35,065 nucleotides of DNA from Paenibacillaceae bacterium (GTDB lineage: Bacteria; Bacillota; Bacilli; Paenibacillales; UBA4045), in the NCBI GenBank assembly GCA_040904605.1, contig JBBDTA010000079.1, positions 1 through 35,065 on the forward strand, given 5' to 3'. Each line of letters opens with the position of its first letter. Positions within the stretch are counted from its first letter, which is position 1. Of the stretch, positions 1 to 8,481 are shown one piece after another. The notes beneath the pieces were generated by a model. The model saw nothing but the letters and a program-made list of their open reading frames with translations. It was not told where the DNA came from and searched no databases. The translations under genes were made by a program, and so were the position numbers.

Positions 1-128
1 GTCTGCACTACACTGTGTAGGCCAAAAATAAACTTATCGCTTGTCCGCAAAGTTTTTATTTTTAGGTCTGCACTACACTGTGTAGGCCAAAAATAAACTT
101 ATCGCTTGTCCGCAAAGTTTATTTTTGG
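1..128. repeat. Tandem duplication of a ~65-bp palindromic unit upstream of rpsP (may extend left of the window)
   Basis: GTCTGCACTACACTGTGTAGGCCAAAAATAAACTTATCGCTTGTCCGCAAAGTTT starts at 1 and again at 66. Copy 2 holds a perfect 14-bp inverted repeat CCAAAAATAAACTT (87-100) / AAGTTTATTTTTGG (115-128). Confidence 0.9.
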
Positions 129-145
129 AGGAGGTGAAATATATC

Positions 146-418
146 ATGGCAGTACGTATTCGACTTAAACGTATCGGTGCACATAAAGCTCCATTCTATC
201 GTGTCGTCGTTTCCGATTCCCGTTCTCCAAGAGACGGTCGTTTCATAGAGGAAATTGGCACTTATAATCCGCTTGCGCCAACAGCACTAGTTACTCTTGA
301 TGAAGAGAAAGCGTTGAAATGGCTTCAAGACGGTGCTCAAGCATCAGATACCGTTCGCAACTTGCTTAGCAAAGCGGGCGTAATGAAGAGATACCACGAA
401 TCCAAGCTTAGCAAGTAA
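146..418 (+). CDS. rpsP: 30S ribosomal protein S16
   Basis: [11 protein letters not shown]...[27 protein letters not shown] is the S16 signature. ATG 146 follows GGAGGAGG; the ORF-track start at 125 is too long. Confidence 0.98.
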   Translation: MAVRIRLKRIGAHKAPFYRVVVSDSRSPRDGRFIEEIGTYNPLAPTALVTLDEEKALKWLQDGAQASDTVRNLLSKAGVMKRYHESKLSK

Positions 419-440
419 GCAGCTGTCGGGAGGGTTTACG

Positions 441-671
441 ATGAAACAACTTATTACGGTCATTGCCAAAGCATTGGTAGATTACCCGGATGAAGTTCAT
501 GTGCTCGAAGTGGAAGAAGACCATGCGGTTGTTTATCGTCTTTTGGTACATCCTAGTGATGTAGGGAAAGTGATTGGCAAACAAGGTCGGATCGCCAAGG
601 CGCTTCGCACCGTCGTTACCTCGGCTGCTGTGAAGCATAGTAAACGTGTGTCTGTCGAGATTAGTTCATAA
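441..671 (+). CDS. khpA: KH-domain RNA-binding protein KhpA (YlqC)
   Basis: 76 aa with the DVGKVIGKQGRIAKALRTVV KH GxxG loop; canonical position after rpsP. Confidence 0.95.
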   Translation: MKQLITVIAKALVDYPDEVHVLEVEEDHAVVYRLLVHPSDVGKVIGKQGRIAKALRTVVTSAAVKHSKRVSVEISS

Positions 672-681
672 TTATAAATTA

Positions 682-714
682 GAGAAGGGTTGGGGGCTAT
701 CCCTGACCCTTTTC
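682..714 (+). terminator. Putative intrinsic terminator or stem-loop after khpA
   Basis: GAGAAGGGTTGGGG-loop-CCCTGACCCTTTTC hairpin with G-U pairs; short U tract. Confidence 0.6.
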
Positions 715-745
715 ATTCATATTGAAAGATCGACGTGAATGAATT

Positions 746-930
746 ATAAATGGAGAAATCCATTTATTCTAATCGATTTACCCATTTTTTCTTCTTTTAA
801 CAGGATAAATACAGTTATTATGAAGGAGATAGAGAAAATAAAGAGGAAACTCGAAATAATAACTGTATTTATCCAGTTGTTTTATTGCTAAGAGTTAGGA
901 TTGTGAATAATAAGTGGATTTTTCCAGTTA
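746..930. repeat. Cluster of four ~22-bp quasi-palindromic units, two direct and two inverted (REP/BIME-like)
   Basis: Units at 746-768 and 798-821 (forward) and at 856-878 and 909-930 (reverse). The inner pair forms a 19-bp perfect inverted repeat, GGATAAATACAGTTATTAT. Confidence 0.75.
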
Positions 931-1075
931 ATAAATTGTCAATTGGAAGGGTTACCCTTTGCAGAAGGAATATGAAGGGATATTCATACGATAATGTGGT
1001 CGCTTATCCTTGAAGGACTCGAATTGAAGTTTATTTTATGATTAGAATAACTCAGTAACAGGGGAGTTGAAAACC

Positions 1076-1594
1076 TTGGCTAATGAATGGTTCACGGTTG
1101 GTACAATTGCGAATACTCACGGACTTAAAGGTGAATTGAAGATCGTCTCACGAACGGATTTTCCAGAAGAACGCTACAGACCCGGGAGTCGTTTAACGAT
1201 GATGGACCCCGAATTAACGAAGCAGATTGAAGTAGAGGTTGTTTCTTCACGTAATCATAAGAACACGTATATCGTTAAATTTAAAGCATGGAATGATATT
1301 AACGAGGTTGAGAAATTTAAAGGCTGGCTGCTCAAAATAAACAAAGATCAACGTATTGAGCTACCTGAGCACGAATTCTATTACAATGAAATTGTCGGCT
1401 GTACTGTAGTTAGCGATGAAGGAGATGAGCTTGGAGTTATTCAAGAAATTCTATCTCCAGGTGCTAATGATGTATGGGTTGTTCAGCCTGTTACAGGAAA
1501 AGCCGTATATATACCTTATATTGAAGATGTGGTTAAACAAGTCGATGTTCAGAACAAGAAAGTGATTGTCCACATTCTGGAGGGACTATTATAA
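1076..1594 (+). CDS. rimM: Ribosome maturation factor RimM
   Basis: [25 protein letters not shown] and GANDVWVV (PRC barrel) motifs. TTG 1076 is best spaced from GGGGAG at 1061-1066. Confidence 0.96.
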   Translation: MANEWFTVGTIANTHGLKGELKIVSRTDFPEERYRPGSRLTMMDPELTKQIEVEVVSSRNHKNTYIVKFKAWNDINEVEKFKGWLLKINKDQRIELPEHEFYYNEIVGCTVVSDEGDELGVIQEILSPGANDVWVVQPVTGKAVYIPYIEDVVKQVDVQNKKVIVHILEGLL

Positions 1595-1596
1595 GC

Positions 1597-2337
1597 ATGA
1601 GAATTCACATCCTTACTCTGTTTCCGAATATGTTCGATGGGGTATTAACGGACAGCATGATTGGCAAGGCACAGGAGAAGAATATTGTCGGTATTCACAC
1701 CGTGAATTTCCGGGATTATGCGAATAACAAGCATATGACCGTAGATGATTCACCTTATGGTGGTGGAGGCGGGATGGTGTTAAAGCCAGAACCGATATTC
1801 AATGCTGTAGACAGTTTGCCAATAGATTGGACTACCAAGCCCAAGCCCCGTGTCATTCTAATGTGTCCTCAGGGTGAACGTTATACTCAGAGCAAGGCGG
1901 AATCCTTAGCGAAGGAGCAAGAGCTTGTATTCATCTGTGGGCATTATGAAGGTTATGATGAGCGGATTCGACAGCACTTGGTTACAGACGAAATTTCGAT
2001 CGGTGATTATGTGCTAACTGGTGGTGAAATCGCAGCGATGGCCGTCATCGATAGTGTCGTCAGACTGTTACCTGGTGTTCTAGGTAACGAACTGTCAGCT
2101 GTTAGTGATTCATTCAGCACAGGCTTGTTAGAGCATCCTCATTACACACGTCCTGCTATATACCGTGATTGGTCTGTGCCGGATGTGTTAATATCTGGTC
2201 ACCATGTGAATGTGGAAGAGTGGCGCCATCGTGAATCACTTCGACGCACCTGGCAACGCAGACCTGATTTATTGCAAGAGCGCGAATTAAGTAGTATAGA
2301 ATTACAATGGATACAGGAATTTCGAGATGAGGGTTAA
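1597..2337 (+). CDS. trmD: tRNA (guanine37-N1)-methyltransferase TrmD
   Basis: [29 protein letters not shown] and [11 protein letters not shown] motifs. Confidence 0.98.
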   Translation: MRIHILTLFPNMFDGVLTDSMIGKAQEKNIVGIHTVNFRDYANNKHMTVDDSPYGGGGGMVLKPEPIFNAVDSLPIDWTTKPKPRVILMCPQGERYTQSKAESLAKEQELVFICGHYEGYDERIRQHLVTDEISIGDYVLTGGEIAAMAVIDSVVRLLPGVLGNELSAVSDSFSTGLLEHPHYTRPAIYRDWSVPDVLISGHHVNVEEWRHRESLRRTWQRRPDLLQERELSSIELQWIQEFRDEG

Positions 2338-2339
2338 CG

Positions 2340-3365
2340 ATGTCAGAACAACCATTTGAACGCTATTCACGGCAAATGCTTTTTGCTCCGATTGGACCAG
2401 AAGGGCAGAGCAGCCTATCTCATGCTCACGTATTGATCGTTGGTATGGGAGCTCTAGGCACTGTTTTGGCAAATCATATGGTCAGAGCAGGTGTCGGTAT
2501 GCTGAGGATGGTTGATCGCGATTATGTGGAGACAACCAACTTACAACGTCAGATGTTATATGATGAGGATGATGTTGAACAAGCATTGCCGAAGGTCATA
2601 GCAGCGAAGCGGAAGCTGACAAAGATTAACTCCGTGGTACAACTAGAAGCTGAAGTTGTAGATGTCTCAGCTTATAATGTAGAGGCTCTATTGGAAGGAA
2701 TCGATCTGGTATTAGATGGAACAGATAATTTCCAAACCAGAATGATATTAAATGATGCCTGCTTCAAAAAATATATTCCCTTGGTGTATGGTGGTGCGGT
2801 TAGCTCGCGGGGAATGACTGCTATATTCATCCCTGGGCAGACATCTTGCCTTCGTTGTCTAATTGGATCAGTAGAAGGAGAAGGAGATGGACAAACCTGT
2901 GATATGATAGGTGTCATCGGGCCTATTGTAGACATTGTAGCTTCTTTTCAGGCTGTGGAGGCTTTGAAGTACATGGTTGGAGCATTCTCCGCACAAAGAT
3001 ATAGTCTGCTTACATTAGAGGTATGGCAGCATCAGATATTTAATATGAAACTCCCCGAATCAAAGAATGACTGTCCAACCTGTCAGTTAAAGCTATACCC
3101 TTCGTTAAATCTTAGAGAGAGTCAGACAGCAACACTATGTGGGCGTGATACCGTGCAAATTAAAGGGCCAAAACCTATCGAGCTGGAGCAATGGAAGCAT
3201 AAGCTTTCTCAGGTTTGTAAGGTGAATTTAAATCCGTTCTTACTCAAGGCGGAGCTCCCCGAAGGTGAAAGACTTGTACTATTCTCAGATGGCAGAGTGC
3301 TTATTCAAGGTACTGAGGATGTTATTAGAGCGCGCACATTGTATGATCGATATATTGGTTCTTAA
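2340..3365 (+). CDS. ThiF/MoeB family (E1-like) adenylyltransferase
   Basis: RYSRQ, GMGALG, DRDYVETTNLQRQ, DGTDN, two CxxC pairs (CLRC, CPTC) and TCDMIGVIGP. The Bacillus-type C-terminal extension (LCGRDTVQI...FSDGRVLIQGT) is present. ThiF versus MoeB cannot be resolved by eye. Confidence 0.9.
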   Translation: MSEQPFERYSRQMLFAPIGPEGQSSLSHAHVLIVGMGALGTVLANHMVRAGVGMLRMVDRDYVETTNLQRQMLYDEDDVEQALPKVIAAKRKLTKINSVVQLEAEVVDVSAYNVEALLEGIDLVLDGTDNFQTRMILNDACFKKYIPLVYGGAVSSRGMTAIFIPGQTSCLRCLIGSVEGEGDGQTCDMIGVIGPIVDIVASFQAVEALKYMVGAFSAQRYSLLTLEVWQHQIFNMKLPESKNDCPTCQLKLYPSLNLRESQTATLCGRDTVQIKGPKPIELEQWKHKLSQVCKVNLNPFLLKAELPEGERLVLFSDGRVLIQGTEDVIRARTLYDRYIGS

Positions 3366-3379
3366 TTCGCACCTTTCTA

Positions 3380-3408
3380 TTGAGTTTTTCAACCAACTAT
3401 GCTAACAT
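3380..3408 (+). promoter_or_regulatory. Putative SigA promoter for rplS
   Basis: TTGAGT (3380-3385), 17-nt spacer, TAACAT (3403-3408), with an extended -10 TG at 3400-3401. Confidence 0.6.
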
Positions 3409-3436
3409 GTAATTTGTTGTGTTTTGTAATAAATCC

Positions 3437-3502
3437 GGTGGTCCGCTGCACGTTTACGCAACTCAGTTATATTGAGGATGCTCATAGGACGGCAAGAACA
3501 CT
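3437..3502 (+). ncRNA. L19 leader-like cis-regulatory RNA with an enlarged apical region
   Basis: GGTGGTC-CGC-TGC ... GCA-A-GAACACT resembles the Firmicute L19_leader core (GTTCCGCTG...CAAGAAC). It lies between the promoter and the rplS RBS. Confidence 0.65.
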
Positions 3503-3525
3503 TGTGTGGAAGGAGGAAGTCAAAA

Positions 3526-3867
3526 ATGAATTTACTACAACAAATTTCTAGAGAAAATTTGCGTACAGACCTCCCGAATTTTCGTCCGGGGGACACGCTT
3601 AAAGTACACGTTAAGGTTATCGAGGGTTCTCGTGAGAGAGTTCAGATCTTCGAAGGTGTAGTCATTAAGCGTAAGGGTGGCGGCATCAGTGAAACGTTCA
3701 CCGTCAGAAAAATATCTTACGGTGTTGGAGTAGAAAGAACATTCCCGTTTCATACTCCGAAGATAGAAAAAATCGAAGTAGCTCGTAGAGGTAAAGTTCG
3801 CCGTGCGAAATTGTACTATCTGCGTGAGCTTCGTGGTAAGAAAGCAAGAATTAAAGAAATCCGATAG
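3526..3867 (+). CDS. rplS: 50S ribosomal protein L19
   Basis: [31 protein letters not shown] and [12 protein letters not shown] motifs. ATG 3526 follows AAGGAGG. Confidence 0.98.
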   Translation: MNLLQQISRENLRTDLPNFRPGDTLKVHVKVIEGSRERVQIFEGVVIKRKGGGISETFTVRKISYGVGVERTFPFHTPKIEKIEVARRGKVRRAKLYYLRELRGKKARIKEIR

Positions 3868-3868
3868 G

Positions 3869-3896
3869 AAAAAGGGGCTGACAAGCCCCTTTTTTT
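3869..3896 (+). terminator. Intrinsic terminator after rplS
   Basis: AAAAAGGGGCT-GACA-AGCCCCTTTTTTT. Confidence 0.9.
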
Positions 3897-3947
3897 AACT
3901 TATCAGAAAGTATAGGTTTTCTATACTCAATGGAAGGACCACCATAT

Positions 3948-4547
3948 ATGACAGGGTCAGATCAGAATTTGATCAAGAAGAAGAATGAACTATTCGAGTG
4001 GACCAAGGCACTATTAATTGCAGCTGCCCTTGTTTTCTTGATCCGCTGGCTTGCCTTTACCCCGTTCATTGTAGATGGGGAATCGATGCTGCCGAATTTT
4101 AATAATGAAGAACGAATGATCGTCAATAAATTGATTTATGATTTCCGTGACCCTCAACGATTTGAGGTAATTGTTTTTCTTGCACCTGAGGGTAAAGACT
4201 TCATTAAACGAGTCATTGGTTTACCTGGTGATAAAGTTCGTGTTGATGGAGATAATGTATATATTAATGGTGAGCCAATAAGTGAACCGTATATTCAAGA
4301 AGAGATTGATCAAGCTGCTGCTGAGGGTAAAATTTATAATTCAAGTACAATGAGTATTACAGAAGAAGTGACAGTGCCCAAGGATTCCTTGTTCGTTATG
4401 GGGGATAATCGTCCACGAAGTAAGGATAGTCGGTTCTCTCAAGTCGGCTTCGTACCCTATGATGCAATTGTAGGACGAGCTGATGTGGTCTATTGGCCAC
4501 TATCTAGCCTTCGCCTAATTAAGCATTATGGTGGTGAAGAGAAATGA
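3948..4547 (+). CDS. lepB: Signal peptidase I
   Basis: N-terminal TM segment, catalytic Ser in VDGESM, catalytic Lys in [11 protein letters not shown], and [11 protein letters not shown] box E. Start is 3948 or 3930. Confidence 0.95.
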   Translation: MTGSDQNLIKKKNELFEWTKALLIAAALVFLIRWLAFTPFIVDGESMLPNFNNEERMIVNKLIYDFRDPQRFEVIVFLAPEGKDFIKRVIGLPGDKVRVDGDNVYINGEPISEPYIQEEIDQAAAEGKIYNSSTMSITEEVTVPKDSLFVMGDNRPRSKDSRFSQVGFVPYDAIVGRADVVYWPLSSLRLIKHYGGEEK

Positions 4548-5404
4548 CCATTCAATGGTTTCCTGGACATATGACTAGGGCTCGAAGACAGATCGAGGAA
4601 AAGCTGAAATTGATCGATGTTGTCATCGAGCTACTAGATGCGCGTATTCCCTTAGCTAGCCGAAATCCTATGATGGATGTTATTGTTCGTGAGAAACCAC
4701 GTCTTGTCGTCTTGAATAAATTTGACTTAGCTGACCCTGTAGTAACTGAACAATGGAATCAATATTTTCTGCGTCAGGGTCATCGAGTTCTACCTATTGA
4801 TTCAACTACCGGTAAGAATTTGGATCAGATCTCTCCACTCTGTAAACAATTACTTGCAGATAAAATTGCTAAGCAAGTAAGAAAGGGCATTAATCCTAGA
4901 GCCTTTCGAGCACTGATCGTAGGTATTCCTAATGTAGGTAAATCAACGTTGATTAATAAGCTATCTGGACGTAGTGTTGCCGCAACCGGCGATCGACCTG
5001 GAGTAACAAAGGCACAGCAGTGGATCAAGGTAGGCTCTGAGATGGAGCTGTTGGACACACCAGGGATTCTCTGGCCTAAGTTTGAAGATCAAGAGGTTGG
5101 ATATAGGTTAGCCGTTACAGGAGCGATCAAGGAAGACATTCTTCATATCGAAGATGTTGCCTTCTACGCGATCAAGTATTTGATTAAGCATTACCCTGGA
5201 CGGCTACAAGAGCGCTATTCCATAGATCAATTGCCTGATGATCTCAACGATTCGAATCAAATCGTTGAGGTGATGGAAGAGATCGGACGGAAAAGAGGCT
5301 GCGTTGTAAGCGGTGGACGTATTGATCTTGAGAAAACGTCAGGAGTTATTCTGCGGGAGCTTCGTGCAGGAAAGCTAGATCGGCTTAGCTTTGAAACTCC
5401 GTAA
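4544..5404 (+). CDS. rbgA: Ribosome biogenesis GTPase RbgA (YlqF)
   Basis: [21 protein letters not shown] and DTPG: a circularly permuted GTPase. Confidence 0.97.
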   Translation: MTIQWFPGHMTRARRQIEEKLKLIDVVIELLDARIPLASRNPMMDVIVREKPRLVVLNKFDLADPVVTEQWNQYFLRQGHRVLPIDSTTGKNLDQISPLCKQLLADKIAKQVRKGINPRAFRALIVGIPNVGKSTLINKLSGRSVAATGDRPGVTKAQQWIKVGSEMELLDTPGILWPKFEDQEVGYRLAVTGAIKEDILHIEDVAFYAIKYLIKHYPGRLQERYSIDQLPDDLNDSNQIVEVMEEIGRKRGCVVSGGRIDLEKTSGVILRELRAGKLDRLSFETP

Positions 5405-5418
5405 TAACTTTACATATT

Positions 5419-5439
5419 AAACTCCGAAAGGAGTTTTTT
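5419..5439 (+). terminator. Intrinsic terminator after rbgA
   Basis: AAACTCC-GAAA-GGAGTTTTTT. Confidence 0.7.
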
Positions 5440-5512
5440 GTCGTTTCGTTCTCTTTTCATCAACCGACAGAACAAGTACAATAAGAGAATCTAGAATCGG
5501 AGGGAATCTATT

Positions 5513-6121
5513 ATGTTAACCTACGAGAATGAGCTGTGGGCAACTGGTGTTGAGATGATTGCTGGTATAGATGAGGTGGGAAGGGGCTGCTTGTTCGGTG
5601 ATGTTGTAGCCGCTGCAGTTATACTGCCTCCATCACTAGTGATAGAGGAGATTAATGATTCCAAGAAATTAAGTGAAAAAAAGCGCGAATTTTGTTATGA
5701 AGTAATTATGGAACAAGCTTTGGCGATAGGCGTTGGTCGTGTGAATGCCGAAATGATAGATCAGATTAATATTAAACAAGCAGCTCGATTGGCCATGAAG
5801 AGGGCAGTGGAGCATATGTTGATACAACCGCAGCATTTACTTATCGATGCGGAAACCATTGACATGACCTACCCCCAATTGGCGATTATCAAGGGAGATC
5901 AATTAAGCCAATCGATTGCAGCAGCTTCTATTATTGCTAAGGTTACAAGAGACCGTCTATGTCTCAATTGGGATATGCTGTATCCCGGATATGGTATTGC
6001 GATACATAAAGGATATGCAACTGAGTTACATAGAGCGAGAATACTGGAATTAGGTCCAACTGCGCTACATCGTAGAACGTTTCTTGGCAATATTATGAAT
6101 GAACAGTTGGAGCTTTTTTAG
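5513..6121 (+). CDS. rnhB: Ribonuclease HII
   Basis: AGIDEVGRG, DSKKL, KGDQLSQSIAAASIIAKVTRD and HKGY motifs. Confidence 0.97.
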   Translation: MLTYENELWATGVEMIAGIDEVGRGCLFGDVVAAAVILPPSLVIEEINDSKKLSEKKREFCYEVIMEQALAIGVGRVNAEMIDQINIKQAARLAMKRAVEHMLIQPQHLLIDAETIDMTYPQLAIIKGDQLSQSIAAASIIAKVTRDRLCLNWDMLYPGYGIAIHKGYATELHRARILELGPTALHRRTFLGNIMNEQLELF

Positions 6122-6170
6122 CGTAATTCTCTTATTGATGATTGGATAAATACCGATATCTTTCCTATAG

Positions 6171-6298
6171 GAGCTTGTTCAAAAACATACCTTGGGAGCA
6201 ACCCACTTGGTCCAAAGAAATAAAATCCCCGTTAAATCACAGGTTTTATTCCTTTCTTACAGAGAGCTACAATATACTTTATCTTGTTGAACAAGCTC
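6171..6298. mobile_element. Miniature inverted-repeat transposable element (128 bp, non-autonomous)
   Basis: TIRs GAGCTTGTTCAA (6171-6182) / TTGAACAAGCTC (6287-6298), extending to 14 of 15 matches. The direct repeat TATAG flanks both ends (6166-6170, 6299-6303). No ORF inside. Confidence 0.75.
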
Positions 6299-6340
6299 TA
6301 TAGGTCAAATCACATTATGTAGATATGGAGGTGGATTCCA

Positions 6341-8191
6341 ATGAATATTAGCCAATTGCTTCGTGGGGTAGTTGGTTCAGCGCAGCCTGTTGATGCCAAG
6401 GCACTTGAATTTAAAATTGGGCAAGTTGTCAAAGGTATAGTTCTCCAATTATTAGCTGAACAAGATGCAATGGTTAATATCGGTGGAGTTCCTATCAGAG
6501 CACGGTTAGAAACTCCATTACAAATTGGACAGATGACACTTCTACAGGTGCAACCTGAATCGAGCTCAGAGCAGATTGTATTAAAGCCACTTGGTTCTTC
6601 TAATATACAGATACTCGAAACTTCATTACCGGATCTGGTAAAGAGTTTCGGTTTGAAGGATACAGATGCGAATCGAACATTACTACAACAGCTACATACT
6701 GCTGCAATACCATTAAATGCGAAAACAATCAAAGCATTCCAACCTACAGGTAATATGGCCCCAATTACAAGCGTTCCACTAGATCAGTGGACAGAAGCAG
6801 CTATAGTAGCCTACAAAAAAGGTCTTCCTCTCAAAAGTGAGGTTGTCTTGCCGCTTCAACAAGTGATGTTCGGCAAGCCTTTACCTCAATCGTTAGAGCA
6901 GTTGAAGGAGTCACTACAGAGGTTCATACAAGCTGCACCCTTACAAGAGGAAAATTCCGATACAATGAATCTGGTGCGTAAACTAATAGAAACCATTAGT
7001 GGTCTTACAATGGGGAGAACAACTACTGCGCCTGCTGCTCCTATTCCTCTTGAGCAAGGGAGCAGAATGGCTGATGCAACAGCAAGAATTCCACAAGCCG
7101 ATGCTATTAGCCGTCAGGTAAACGAGCATATTGTTAAACAAGTATCTCCTTCATCATCGAATGAAATCATAACAAATCTTATTAGGCAAGGTTCGGGACC
7201 AGCGCCATCCACTACATCACCAGTGGCATCTGCTACATCACCAGTAGCATTACCTACAGCATCTGTTACAGCACCTGCTGCATCACCAGTAGCATTACCT
7301 ACAGCATTTGTTACAGCACCTGCTGCATCTGTTACAACACCAGTCGCATCACCTGTAGTATCACCTACGGTCATAAGAACGTCAGAATTAGCTCAGCAGA
7401 CAACCGAGAATCAGAGTGCAATTCGACTAACAATGGATTCGGCAACTACTACTAAAGCACCAACAAATGAACAATTACCATTAAGAACAACAGCGGATGC
7501 TGCAGTTAATAATCAAGAGCCATGGATTAAGCATTTACTTAAGCAGCTTGGTGTAGATTATGAGCATAGGACAGCCAACGTCCTTACTCAAATCACTGAT
7601 TCGCCTAATATTGAGGAATTGCAATTCCGTCACGAATCAGTAAAGGGATTACTGCTACAATTAGCCAGTGCAGATAACGTGCCGAGCGCTCTGAAAGAAA
7701 CCATGCAGCAGGTCGTTCAGCAAATTACGGGACAGCAGTTATTGCTTGGAGGAGAGCGTGGATCAGCTTTTTCCCTTGTGACCTTATTCGTACCTATTCA
7801 ACATGAGAATGGCACGGATACCGCTTCCGTTCATATTCAGTCTAAGAGAAAGCAAGGCGGCAATCTCGATACTGATAACTGCCGTCTATTATTCGATCTG
7901 CGTATGTCCACGCTAGGAGATACACTCGTTGATGTTCAGGTCGTTAATCGAATCGTCAGCTTGCAGGTCCATAATGACTTTCCGATGATTGGTCATCTTC
8001 TGGAGACACTTAAACCAGAGATGGAAACCGCTATGAACCAGATTGGTTTTCAGTTTATATCTATGAAGCATGTACCATATCCAGATCCAACAGCCCAACG
8101 TCCAGGAGAAGCTCCATCTACAGACAATCGTTTATCTGTTGCTACTACGTATCACTCTAAGCCATATAAAGGGATGGATTTGCGAATATGA
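6341..8191 (+). CDS. FliK-like (YlqG-type) protein with a long low-complexity linker and a C-terminal hook-length-control/T3S4-like domain
   Basis: N-terminal GQVVKGIVLQ beta-rich region, a P/T/A/S-rich middle, and C-terminal RLLFDLRMSTLGDTLVDVQVVNRIVSLQV...GMDLRI. Its position between rnhB and a FlhB-C gene matches ylqG. Confidence 0.7.
   Translation: MNISQLLRGVVGSAQPVDAKALEFKIGQVVKGIVLQLLAEQDAMVNIGGVPIRARLETPLQIGQMTLLQVQPESSSEQIVLKPLGSSNIQILETSLPDLVKSFGLKDTDANRTLLQQLHTAAIPLNAKTIKAFQPTGNMAPITSVPLDQWTEAAIVAYKKGLPLKSEVVLPLQQVMFGKPLPQSLEQLKESLQRFIQAAPLQEENSDTMNLVRKLIETISGLTMGRTTTAPAAPIPLEQGSRMADATARIPQADAISRQVNEHIVKQVSPSSSNEIITNLIRQGSGPAPSTTSPVASATSPVALPTASVTAPAASPVALPTAFVTAPAASVTTPVASPVVSPTVIRTSELAQQTTENQSAIRLTMDSATTTKAPTNEQLPLRTTADAAVNNQEPWIKHLLKQLGVDYEHRTANVLTQITDSPNIEELQFRHESVKGLLLQLASADNVPSALKETMQQVVQQITGQQLLLGGERGSAFSLVTLFVPIQHENGTDTASVHIQSKRKQGGNLDTDNCRLLFDLRMSTLGDTLVDVQVVNRIVSLQVHNDFPMIGHLLETLKPEMETAMNQIGFQFISMKHVPYPDPTAQRPGEAPSTDNRLSVATTYHSKPYKGMDLRI
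7236..7325 (+). repeat. In-frame 45-bp tandem duplication in the FliK-like gene
   Basis: CATCACCAGTAGCATTACCTACAGCAT(C/T)TGTTACAGCACCTGCTG twice, one mismatch; encodes SPVALPTA(S/F)VTAPAA. Confidence 0.9.
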
Positions 8192-8481
8192 GTGAAGCAA
8201 GCGTTACCTCGAAGAAGAAAGCAGTCGCACTCAAATATATGCCAGAAGAAGGGCAAGCACCGGTCATCACTGCCAAGGGCAAGGGCTTTATTGCCGAAGC
8301 GATCCTAGCCAAAGCCCGAGAGCATGGAGTACCTATTCAAGAAGACCCCTCGTTAGTAGAGGTACTGTCCAAACTGGATATCGATCAGGAAATTCCACAG
8401 GAATTATATCAATTAGTTGCAGAGATCCTCAGCTTCATATATCGCACAGATCGCAGAGCAAGCGTCAAGGATCGTCTATGA
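8188..8481 (+). CDS. Stand-alone FlhB C-terminal-like protein (EscU/YscU/HrcU switch family, YlqH/FlhX-type)
   Basis: AVALKY...APVITAKGKGFIAEAI...AREHGVPIQEDPSLVEVL...EIPQELYQLVAEIL matches FlhB after the NPTH cleavage site. No TM domain. Confidence 0.9.
   Translation: MSEASVTSKKKAVALKYMPEEGQAPVITAKGKGFIAEAILAKAREHGVPIQEDPSLVEVLSKLDIDQEIPQELYQLVAEILSFIYRTDRRASVKDRL

Noticed and set aside
1-128. Possible CRISPR array
   Set aside because: Two adjacent near-identical 65-bp units with no unique spacers and no cas genes in the window.
746-930. Possible degenerate CRISPR (repeat-spacer periodicity of ~51 nt)
   Set aside because: Units switch orientation midway and are only loosely identical; this fits a REP-like cluster better.
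8188-8481. Injectisome (non-flagellar T3SS) gene
   Set aside because: The EscU/YscU family label reflects FlhB homology. No injectisome genes are present and all export genes here are flagellar.
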